A DNA stretch of 64,000 bases from assembly GCA_043228905.1 (NCBI GenBank), contig JBHGNT010000008.1:15996001-16060000 (forward strand). The letters run 5' to 3'. Below, piece after piece: positions 23,301 through 31,580 of the stretch. Position 1 is the stretch's first letter, and each line of letters starts with the position of its first letter. A model generated the notes under the pieces. The model was not told the origin of the DNA. It worked only from the letters and a program-made list of their open reading frames with translations, and made no database searches. The position numbers and the translations under genes were made by a program. The stretch comes from Azolla caroliniana (lineage: Eukaryota > Plantae > Polypodiophyta).

Positions 23301-26300
23301 AAAAGCATCCCAACTCGAGGAGGTGGACCTCGGCACAGCAGACAAGCCCCGACCGGTAAATGTTGCAAAGGAGTTGCCGAAGGAAGAAAAGAAGGCAATG
23401 GTAGCATTGTTAACAGACTTCAAGGATGTGTTCGCGTGGTCGTACGAAGACATGCGAGGACTGGACCCCCAGCTCTATCAGCACCAAATTCACCTAAGTA
23501 CGGACGCGAAACCGATTGCTCAACGCAGATACCGGATGAATCCGAATTATGCGGCAAAGGTGAAGGAGGAAATTGATAAGCTCCTCCGGGTCGGATTTAT
23601 CCGACCGGTCAAGCAGGCAACCTGGCTGAGTCCGATAGTGGTGGTCCCGAAAAAGAACGGAAAAATCCGGGTATGCGTGGACTACCGAAGACTAAATGCC
23701 GCAACAGTGACCGATGCGTTTCCACTACCATTTACGGACGGGGTGTTAGATGCGGTAGCTGGGCACGAAGTTTACAGCTTCCTGGATGGATTTAGCGGCT
23801 ACAACCAAATACAAATGAACCTGGCCGACCAAGAGAAGACAGCGTTCGTGACGGAATGGGGAGTGTTCGTCGCGGTCGTGATGATGTTCGGACTAAAGAC
23901 GGCTCCAGCGACCTTTCAAAGGATAATAATGGCAATTTTTGGGGAATATATCCCCGGTTTTATGCAGGTCTTCCTTGACGATTTCGCGGTCTACAGCCGG
24001 CACGGAGAGCATCTCGATCACCTCCGACTGTGCTTGGAGAAGTGCCGCGAGTACCAATTGAGCCTGAATCCGGCCAAGTGCGTCTTTGGAGTGGCAAGTG
24101 GCAACTTGCTAGGGCATGTGGTGAGTAAGGAAGGAATCGCGGTAGATCCGGATAAAGTCAAGGCGATTCTCGATGCACCAGCACCAAGTAACGCAAAGGC
24201 TTTAAGCCGGTTCCTGGACCAAATAAGGTGGCATAGCCAGATGATACGGCACCTCGCGGACTTCGCTACACCGTTACATACCGCCGTACATAGGGTACCC
24301 TTCCTATGGGCAGAGACGGAGGAGGAAGCCTACAAAGCGTTGAAGGTCATGCTGTCGCAAGCTCCGGTGGTGCAACCGCCGGATTGGAGTAAAAGCTTTC
24401 ACGTCTTCGTCGACGCGTCGGACATAGCAATCGGCAGCGTTCTGATGCAACTCACAGAGCCGAAATGGTACCGACCGGTGTACTACGCAAGCCGGAAACT
24501 CTCAAAAGCCGAACGGAATTACTCTACGACGGAACGCGAGGCATTGGGAATGGTGTATAGTGTCACAAAGTACAGGCACTATCTGCTCGGAAGGAAGTTT
24601 TCCTTCCATGTCGACCATTCGGCAGTACTCTACCTGGTCTCGAAGGCATCCCTGACGGGACAAATTGCACGGTGGACACTGCTACTACAGGAATTTGAAT
24701 TCGACATTTTCCACCGACCCGGGGCGCAGCATGCAGTTGCGGACTATCTAAGCAGACTTGAATCCGGAGAAGCAGGGGACGGCGTCCAGGATGAGTTTCC
24801 CGACGCCGAATTGTTCCGGATCACGATGAAACCGGCAACGGATACAACGGTAGCCGACGAAGACACATGGCTAACTGAGATGCACCAGTTCCTGAGCACC
24901 GGAGTTCCCCCGGACAACATGGACCGCGATGAAAGGAAAAGGGTAGCAGTAAGAAGTAGACATTTCTGCTTGGTTGGAGACACCCTTTATCACAAGGGGG
25001 CAGATGGCATCTGGAGACGAGCAGTGCGGAGCGATGAGAAGGATCTAATCCTCAGGGAAGCCCACTGTGGAATTGCTGGCGGGCATTATGCCGGCGACGC
25101 AACCGCTCGGAAAATATGGCAGAGCGGACTGTGGTGGCCGACCACCCTAAAAGATACCGTGAAGTATAGCAGAGAATGCGATTTGTGTCAACGACTGGGC
25201 CAACCCACAGAGCAGGCCCGGATGCCACACCACCCGGTCTTGCCCTTAGAACCGTTTCAAAAGTGGGGGTTGGACTTTGTCGGTCCCTTCAAACCACCGG
25301 CAATGCGAACCGGAAATCGGTATGTCATAGTGGCGACCGACTATTGCACCAAATGGGTAGAAGCAAAGGCCTTACGGGACAACACGGCCGCTTCCACGGC
25401 AAAGTTTCTGTACGAATGCATATGGTGCCGGTATGGATGTCCGATCGAGCTTATAAGTGACCAAGGAGGACATTTTCTCGGGCAGGTAGTAGAAAGCCTG
25501 ACGTCATTTTACGCGGTGGTACATAAAAAGAGTACACCCTACTACCCTCAAGCCAATGGACTAGCGGAATCAACGAACAAAACTCTGCAGAACATCCTAC
25601 GAAAAATCGTCAACGAGAACCGGACCGACTGGGATACGAAATTGCAAAGCGCGCTATGGGCGTACCGAACAACGTACAAAACCAGCATCCGGACAACCCC
25701 GTTCCGACTAGCATTCAGATTAGAAGCGGTCATGCCGGTAGAGTTCCAGATCCCCAGCTTACGGATTCAGGTAAAGGAGCGCTTAAGTGAGAACGAGTCC
25801 GAACGAATCCGACTGGCAACGCTGTTGGAATTAGAGGAAAACCGAATAGCCAGCTTACTACAACTCGAACTGGAGCAAAGGAGGAGAAAAGCCTTCGTGG
25901 ACCGACACCGGCGTGGCAATGAAAAGGAGTTCGAAGTCGGGAAACCGGTGCTACTATTCCAGACAAGGATGGGGAACATGCCGGGAAAGTTGCGGTTTCG
26001 ATGGACCGGACCGTTCTGGATCACCAAGGAGTACAATGGGTCGTATCAGCTCGGCACGTTGTCTGGAGATGTCATCGGCAAGTGGGCAAATGGATTTCGG
26101 CTAAAGCCGTATAAAGGAAATATGCCAGCCAACCCGTTCAAGCGAAACCCGGAAATCCGGCAAGATGAGGAACCGACACCGACAGACGCTGCTGAAGACA
26201 TTCAGACCGAGGAAGAACCGACACCAATACTGACGAGGACCATCCCGGAAAACCGACAGAAGGATCCGGTATCCACACGAACCGACCCGAACAAAGCGGG

Positions 26301-26316
26301 GGGGACCAGCAAATGA
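20383..26316 (+). CDS. gag-pol: G3 Gag-Pol polyprotein (Gag, three Cys/His knuckles, PR, RT, RNase H, IN), uninterrupted, about 1977 aa
   Basis: Protease IIDGGSGVNVI. RT LDGFSGYNQI, MMFGL and FLDD. RNase H VDAS..YYASRKL..YSTTEREAL. Integrase HHCC, WGLD, SDQG, NGLAE and GPF. Confidence 0.97.
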   Translation: MSKPNDDHITERGRRYTEREQRREALQQAVDEIRRDRSFSKTLRRVTEEALQFWVLQIPDEGSSITSLQEAETILQTLAAGDGDSEAFATLEAESESDGSVASRYKSSHDTPNDREDEGSEDSVTPAPEEEITLEFGDRQPPRKADRIPTTTAREPKERIPTTPAEEPTDRTPATPAEEPKVLKPTPTADRERREQESQLDDTMPYPYPKYRDEADAEAHVYAFLQTWEANHISQRLTEPEAERSKIAEFGITLEGPAAQWHAKHLPGTFATFDALKARFLRFFHRQFEQRELVGQFYTTRQEENETMPQFIIRFQTLHSQLTRAPPEDEAKAVFLAALKEPLRTMCGVLDFQTSTMDQVIDRVLEMDKTSPFLSMGMLHRALPKEEDPRFRQALQCTTCLNSGHSTVDCTLRTQCVICNSRAHTTDRCEYNLLNRQAAPVRHIEPRNQNPDEDRFRRDDRYQRERGNRYADRRCDNYDREERRRDSYPRDRYDRDESPEDDRRGEERRQGYADRRRDNYDREERRKDSYPRDRYNRDGAPEYDRRREERQQGNRNFRRNQKRGFFRREERREAARNDNPVSVPDNRKTEDDRRSIPTLQTGDKGETSNGHKVYCYYCRKEGHYSNQCPSKSYDKQPEVNMVIAEITEVQQVTTRSKGKTVEWEAQEAIRKQATQWIKEANEQNAAEVRDQNMSKDEEIIHPGENPTWQALQDCQIVLPLARLLQLVPRFTADLQASVSKPKPTPAPAFFSNPEEGPAVVDTSSPAITTIVKGKEIVGTIIDGGSGVNVISQQTCNDLGIREWEPCPFWLRMADTSSVRPTGLIRDLEIMIGGHVFRISAMVLQLNVQGAYPLLLGRPWLRTAHIKQNWQKNMITFRRGKTKVRVTTQPRVITSKEATPLYAESINMLEGLPDEEVERYLEEHPRIVPLFEVDITAAVEPYITTPEEPDQAAIRELRQAQEFLEREMTISQRVKASQLEEVDLGTADKPRPVNVAKELPKEEKKAMVALLTDFKDVFAWSYEDMRGLDPQLYQHQIHLSTDAKPIAQRRYRMNPNYAAKVKEEIDKLLRVGFIRPVKQATWLSPIVVVPKKNGKIRVCVDYRRLNAATVTDAFPLPFTDGVLDAVAGHEVYSFLDGFSGYNQIQMNLADQEKTAFVTEWGVFVAVVMMFGLKTAPATFQRIIMAIFGEYIPGFMQVFLDDFAVYSRHGEHLDHLRLCLEKCREYQLSLNPAKCVFGVASGNLLGHVVSKEGIAVDPDKVKAILDAPAPSNAKALSRFLDQIRWHSQMIRHLADFATPLHTAVHRVPFLWAETEEEAYKALKVMLSQAPVVQPPDWSKSFHVFVDASDIAIGSVLMQLTEPKWYRPVYYASRKLSKAERNYSTTEREALGMVYSVTKYRHYLLGRKFSFHVDHSAVLYLVSKASLTGQIARWTLLLQEFEFDIFHRPGAQHAVADYLSRLESGEAGDGVQDEFPDAELFRITMKPATDTTVADEDTWLTEMHQFLSTGVPPDNMDRDERKRVAVRSRHFCLVGDTLYHKGADGIWRRAVRSDEKDLILREAHCGIAGGHYAGDATARKIWQSGLWWPTTLKDTVKYSRECDLCQRLGQPTEQARMPHHPVLPLEPFQKWGLDFVGPFKPPAMRTGNRYVIVATDYCTKWVEAKALRDNTAASTAKFLYECIWCRYGCPIELISDQGGHFLGQVVESLTSFYAVVHKKSTPYYPQANGLAESTNKTLQNILRKIVNENRTDWDTKLQSALWAYRTTYKTSIRTTPFRLAFRLEAVMPVEFQIPSLRIQVKERLSENESERIRLATLLELEENRIASLLQLELEQRRRKAFVDRHRRGNEKEFEVGKPVLLFQTRMGNMPGKLRFRWTGPFWITKEYNGSYQLGTLSGDVIGKWANGFRLKPYKGNMPANPFKRNPEIRQDEEPTPTDAAEDIQTEEEPTPILTRTIPENRQKDPVSTRTDPNKAGGTSK
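20820..20927 (+). repeat. 3 x 36-bp coding repeat in the G3 Gag N-terminus
   Basis: DRIPTTTAREPK / ERIPTTPAEEPT / DRTPATPAEEPK. Confidence 0.85.
21789..22040 (+). repeat. 2 x 126-bp coding repeat (Arg/Asp/Glu-rich) in G3 Gag
   Basis: YADRR.DNYDREERR.DSYPRDRY.RD..PE.DRR.EER.QG occurs twice. Confidence 0.9.
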
Positions 26317-26731
26317 CGTGGTCCAAGAAAGAAAGAAAGAAAAAAAAAAAAAAAAAAACGTGGGCAGAATCGACGCGAATCATCGTAATGATGGGGAGAT
26401 CACAAGAGGTGGGAGCACCACCATGCAACGAAGAGGCGCCATGCATGAAAGAAGGACGTGTGCGGACTTGCTATTTAAAGCAGGGAACGTGGGCACTCAC
26501 ACGCGGCAAACAAGAAAGGACATACTAATTATGGCGGGAGAGGAACATGCGCGGGAAACGAAAAAGGACGGCTCGAGGCACAACCCACTATATAAGACAC
26601 AGGCCTGCGAAGGGCTCACGTTTTACGAATTTTCCTACATACAGGCGCAGAAGCACAGAAGAGCGACCCGACGCACAGAGCACACACAGCGCGATCCCGA
26701 ACACCAGGCAGCAGACGAAGAATTCGAAGCA

Positions 26732-29635
26732 ATGGTACTGTCGGAAGTGGCACGCCAATGGATGAGGGAAAACGGGTTAAAAGGCTTGCTGCGGATCGCC
26801 GACGCTCCACCACACGCAGAACCAGAGCAGGCGGCAGCATCGATCGATATATCAGAAGTCACGGAAGGAGCGGTGCAGGCACTCATGGGGATCAAAGCAG
26901 GAGGACTGCAAACAATCGAAAACCCTTCCAGTGAAATCCTGTTCGAATATTTCGGGGAATACTCTATCAGCAACAAGGCGTACCGAACGCAAGGCGGAGA
27001 GAACCTGCTGTTCGGAGAAGTGGCCCGCGCTATGATGGAATACGGATTTGTGAATCCCCGTCCCCCAGCCATAGCCAAGTATCGGGCAGCATTCTTGATA
27101 GCAGCGTACGAGGGCTTACAAATAGACTAGCTCCATTTCATAACCGAAGGATTGAAGGAGGCCATCAAAAATCTGGTGGAAGGAAAAAAGCCATGGGCCG
27201 GGATAGCACAATGGCTAACGGTGTTAGTCCCACCGGTACTCCCCATCACACAAAAGAAAAGAGGTCAGCAGGAGACGACGCCGAAAAAGGTCACAAAGCG
27301 CCGACAGATCTTGGAGAAACACACCCCCGGATGGACCCCGCAAGAAGCAGAACAGCAGGGGGAAGGACCATCCCGACAGCAACAGGAACCGGCAATAAAG
27401 GCAAAACCGGCAGGTAAAGGCAAAGGGAAAGCGGCCGAGGAGGAACCGGTAGCGCGCAAACCAATCCATATAACGCTGCGATGGCCGGAACCGGAACCAG
27501 AGGTCTCTAGACAAAAGGTCCGTCTGGTAACCGCACCGGAGGAGGAAACTGAAACAGAAGACTCATCCGAACCACTGGTAAGACTCCCAGCAAGACAAGG
27601 TCGGGAGAAACGGGCGAAAGGACCGGCTCCACCAGTGGACAGAACTCAGCAGAGGGCGCAAGGACCATCTCCAGTAGCCGAGGCGGAAACAGCACCGGAA
27701 CCCGTACCCAGGGAAGCAGCACCGACACCGGTTGGGCCGGACTTCAGAAAACCGGTCATCCCAGAGAAGAAGAAGGAACGAGCACCGGAGCCGGAGCCAG
27801 AGAATAGGCCGGAAAATCAGCCTGGCTTAAGTGAGCAAGGCCACCCCGAAATCGGAAGAACAAAGCCACAATGGCTGAGATGGCTTTCGGAGCAGTTATC
27901 GGGAGTAGCGGACCAGTTAGAGAAAGAAGAAACGTGTAGGCAATAGCTGACGCATACAACAACTCAGGAGTTGGTCGCGCTCCGAACACAGATCGAGGAA
28001 ATGCAAGGGGAGCTGTTGCAGGCAAGGGAAGGAATTCAACAAGCACAAGCTGTCACCGAGCCAGTCGGGACAACAAGGAAGCAACCAGAACCGGAACCGG
28101 AACCGGTAGCCTTGCAAACCGGCCCTGAGACCGAAAAAATAATAGAAACCTTACGAGAGGAGTTACAAGCTCAGGAGGCATTAAGGGAAAGAGAAAGGGA
28201 GCAGCGGAAAGCGGTGGAGGATGACAGACGAAAAATGGAAGAAGGCCTCCGGAAAGGTCGAGCCGCTAATGACCGACTGCAAGAAGAAAAAGAGAAGCTG
28301 CAGAAGGAGAAGGACCGACTACGTCGACATGCCGAACAAGAGATAGAACGACTGCAGGAAGAACTCCGACAACAGAAGGACCGGGACGATCGGTTAAGAG
28401 CTCAGGCAACCCGACGCCTGAAGCAGAAGACGGAGGACTTCGACCGTCTCTACCGAGATCACAAGCAGGCCGAGTCGGACAACAAAAAACGAGCAGCAGA
28501 CTACGACCAGCAAATAGAGAAGCTGAAAGAGCAGCTCAAAGAGACCCGATTAGACCTGGCTAAGGCGATGGATGAGGTCAGTGCCAACAAGGAAGCATTG
28601 TCGGCGGAAATAGCCCAAGCAACGGAGAGAAGGAAGGAATTAGAGGCGCTAAGGCGGGAAAAGCTGGACCTGACCAAGATCAAGAATGAAGAAAAGGAAA
28701 AATCGACCTTCACGATCAGCAAACTGCAGAGTACCTATGAAAAGCAGAAAGCAGATTACGAGGCCCAGGCTCAGATAATGGCCGACATTATAAAACGGGC
28801 AAGGAAGGAAAAGCAGGAAGCTTATGCGCATGCTAAGGCAGGAGTTGACCGGATCAAGCTCATCATGTCAGGATGGAGTACCCGAGCTCAGGCAAGTATC
28901 AACGAAAGTACGGAAAAGCTATGGAAGGAGTGGTCACAACAGGCAGCCGAGCTGCAGACACTCCGAGCGGATGCCGAGAATCGGAAGAAGACCGGCGACA
29001 GGTTCTACAAGATGGATGAAGAAAGTATCGTCGCCATTCGGGAGGAATTGTCGGAGGATTTCTACACTTTAGCAGAAGAACACCTCAAAGAAATCCGAGG
29101 GTTGGTAGAGAGGTTGGATGACGGGCAGCTCGCAACTCAGTTGGAGTTGGAGAGATACGAGCAGGACCGGTTACGACAGGAAGCTAAGGGAAGAACGACG
29201 CCAACCACTATTGGTGAGGGAACGCGACCGGCGGAAGATGAACCAACCGACACCGAACAACCCCGACGAGGAATACCTGAAGACGAACTTGAAGAAGAGC
29301 AGGAGCGGACCGATGCCGGAGAAGAAGAAGAGCTGAGACCGGAAGACACCAGAGCAGAGGAAGGAGGCATATCAAGTCGACCAGTCGAGACCGGAGAAAG
29401 CGACACCGGTAACAGAACAGAGCCAGAAACGGAGGGAGAACAGGAAGAACCCGGACGAAGCAGTGAGGAAGCACCGGCACCACGGAATCAAGCAGAGCCG
29501 GAGCAGAAAATTTTTATGGAACAGCCTACCCAACAGGAGGTCGGAGACCAGGCAGGCAAGGAACAGGAACAGGAGGAAGAAGCACCACTTGACACTATCG
29601 AGCAAAGTGTGCTCGATATTTTGGAGGAAGACTGA
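26732..29635 (+). pseudogene. G3 extra 3' ORF (about 967 codons: globular N-domain, Pro/Glu linker, long coiled coil, acidic tail) with two in-frame TAG stops
   Basis: Track ORFs 26318-27130, 27152-27946 and 27971-29635 share one frame and are homologous to the G2 extra ORF. The start ATG is inferred. Confidence 0.85.
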
Positions 29636-29685
29636 GGCCGGGAGTGGATTCGAAGTGCAAGGCACTTTCCCACGGGCGTGCCATG

Positions 29686-30058
29686 TGTTGGCCGGTCAGA
29701 AGAGCAAGGACAAGTGGGAAGGCGGAATCGGATCGGATAATAGGAAGTAATAGTAGAATTATTATTCAGAGGGACGGATTCGGTACAGTTGTACCGATCC
29801 GGATCCGAACCGATTCGGATGTCGGTTGCCTAAGCGCACCAATTGTAACCTTGCCGGATGCCTATAAAAGGATCCGATGATTTGTAAAGTGTTTTGTAAA
29901 GTAATTATTGTGTATTTATCTGTATCTTGTATTGTTTGCCGTCCGTGCTTAATCGTAATCATCTTATGCGTGTAACCTAGCATCCAATCCTTACCACCCC
30001 TTTGGAGAAGTGTCGGGTAGACACCTGTGTTGAGGCTAGTCCAGCCAGACAGACAACA
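29686..30058 (+). repeat. G3 3' LTR
   Basis: Direct repeat of 19944-20330, followed by TSD GTTGT. Confidence 0.97.
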
Positions 30059-31280
30059 GTTGTGCCCTGCACTGCCTGTGCAAATTGCAGGTCTTCTGCT
30101 CTGGGCAACTCTCATTGTAGAGCCCCCATTGCCATGTAATTACTATTTTAGGCCTTATCCATTTCCCGCACCCGATCGGTGACTTCATCCATGGTGCTGG
30201 TCCTGAAGTCCAACATTGAGAGCATTGTCCAGAGCGGCTCCTAGAGCACGACCAAAAAGACTGCTTTTGCCTCATCCTCTAGAGGTGCCCTTGTAAGCTG
30301 ACTATGCAGTGTCTGGAATTGGATGATGAATTGTGGGACTCTTTCGTTGGGTTCCTGATATACCGTATAAAATTGTCCAACGAGCTACTGTTGCTCCACC
30401 TGTCGGTGAAATAGTCGCAACAATTTATCCCGTAGGACTTCAAATGTGGCGAAGTTACCTGGAAGATGCTTTGCGTGCCATCTCGCCACTGGTCCCTCCA
30501 GGTCATGCTGAATTCCGCAATTTTTGACCGCTCTACTCCTTCGTCCGTTAGTCGTTGTGAAACATGGTTGGCTTCCCATGTTTGCAAAAAGGTGTATACG
30601 TGTGCCCCTGCATCCAGTTCATCTTTGTACTTTGGGTACGTGTACGACATGTTGTCATTGTCTACCGGTCATTCCGATGATGGCATCAGTACACGATTGT
30701 CCTTCTTATTCGATTTTTGGTCCGGTGGTGGTGTCGGTATGCGACCGTTTATCTTCTCCGATTGCGTTCCAGATTCTCCTCGTGCGCCAATGGTGTTGTC
30801 ATTTCTGACTCCGGTGTTGGTATGTGCTCATATCTGTCTTCCTCTGGTGTGACTGGATCGTTAGTTGGAGTGGAGGTTGTGTTCGCTATCCGACTCCGAC
30901 TCAAATGCTGAAAATGCTTTCGTGTCCTCGGCACCTGTGGCTAGGGTTCACAGTATAAATTCTTCGTCTGAATTGCTGCCTTCGTCTGAATGTCGTTGAA
31001 TTTGCAACTAGACTGTCTCCTTCGCGACCCATCGAATCTCTTTGGGAAAAGAACGATATCGTCGAATCTCCTCGTCCATCTATTGGTAGGCCTCCCACCT
31101 TTGCAGTCTCTCGGCTAGTCTTCTCGCTCATTCAGTAATTGGGTCATTCATCAGTCTAGTCATCCATTCCCCGTCGTTCACTACACTTTGCTGGAATCGT
31201 GGTCGCCAAAACTTTGTTTACTTTGGGATGGCCATAGCCACAAACATAGGGACAGTCACCAAAGCCATGGTTAAGGGAAT
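30059..31280 (-). mobile_element. G5: 5' part (LTR end, PBS, decayed gag) of a G3-related gypsy element
   Basis: MSYTYPKYKDELDAGAHVYTFLQTWEANHVSQRLT matches G3 Gag. PBS TGGCGACCACG at 31198-31208 (minus strand). The LTR from 31215 is interrupted at 31280 by A1 and resumes at 63973. Confidence 0.9.
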
Positions 31281-31580
31281 TGTAAAAGAATACATGTGCG
31301 GAAGCATATGCGTATGCGTAAGAACATAGAGTACACAATCCGGTAGTACGACAATTCAGTAAAGCACAGAAATCACAGAGAAAGAGAGGGAGAGAGAGCA
31401 GAAATACAAAGCTATATTCCAAAAATAACTCTCTGTATGTTCTCTGTTACATATTTCGTGCTTAGTGAGCACCTTTAATACAAGCCCCAATTATTGGGCT
31501 AACACAAGTGCTGACAGTACTTGACCACTCATACATGAGCCTCCTACACTAACTCCCAATGTTGAGCTTGTCTCTCAACA
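31281..31580 (-). repeat. A1 3' LTR (internally deleted)
   Basis: Matches 63542-63972 except for a ~128-bp segment bounded by CCCAA. Confidence 0.9.

Larger units (their letters stand above)
19944..30058 (+). mobile_element. G3: full-length Athila/OTA-like Ty3/gypsy element with an extra 3' ORF (10.1 kb)
   Basis: LTRs at 19944-20330 and 29686-30058 (TGTTG...CAACA, about 3 transitions and one ~14-bp indel), TSD GTTGT, PBS, single gag-pol ORF. Confidence 0.97.

Noticed and set aside
21491-23453. Long antisense ORFs (259 and 309 aa; likewise 2419-3246)
   Set aside because: These are shadow ORFs of biased gag-pol codon usage with no independent features.
27128-27946. Programmed stop-codon readthrough at the two TAGs in the G3 extra ORF
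   Set aside because: The first TAG aligns with TGG (IDW) in G2, and neither has the CARYYA readthrough context. Deamination-type point mutations are the simpler explanation.
26732-29635. env gene
   Set aside because: It occupies the env position, but no signal peptide or hydrophobic transmembrane segment is visible and the protein is highly charged.
29642-29683. tRNA gene or tRNA mimic (GGATTCGAA ... GCCA)
   Set aside because: It is too short for a cloverleaf, and neither TTCGA nor CCA is conserved in the G2 counterpart.
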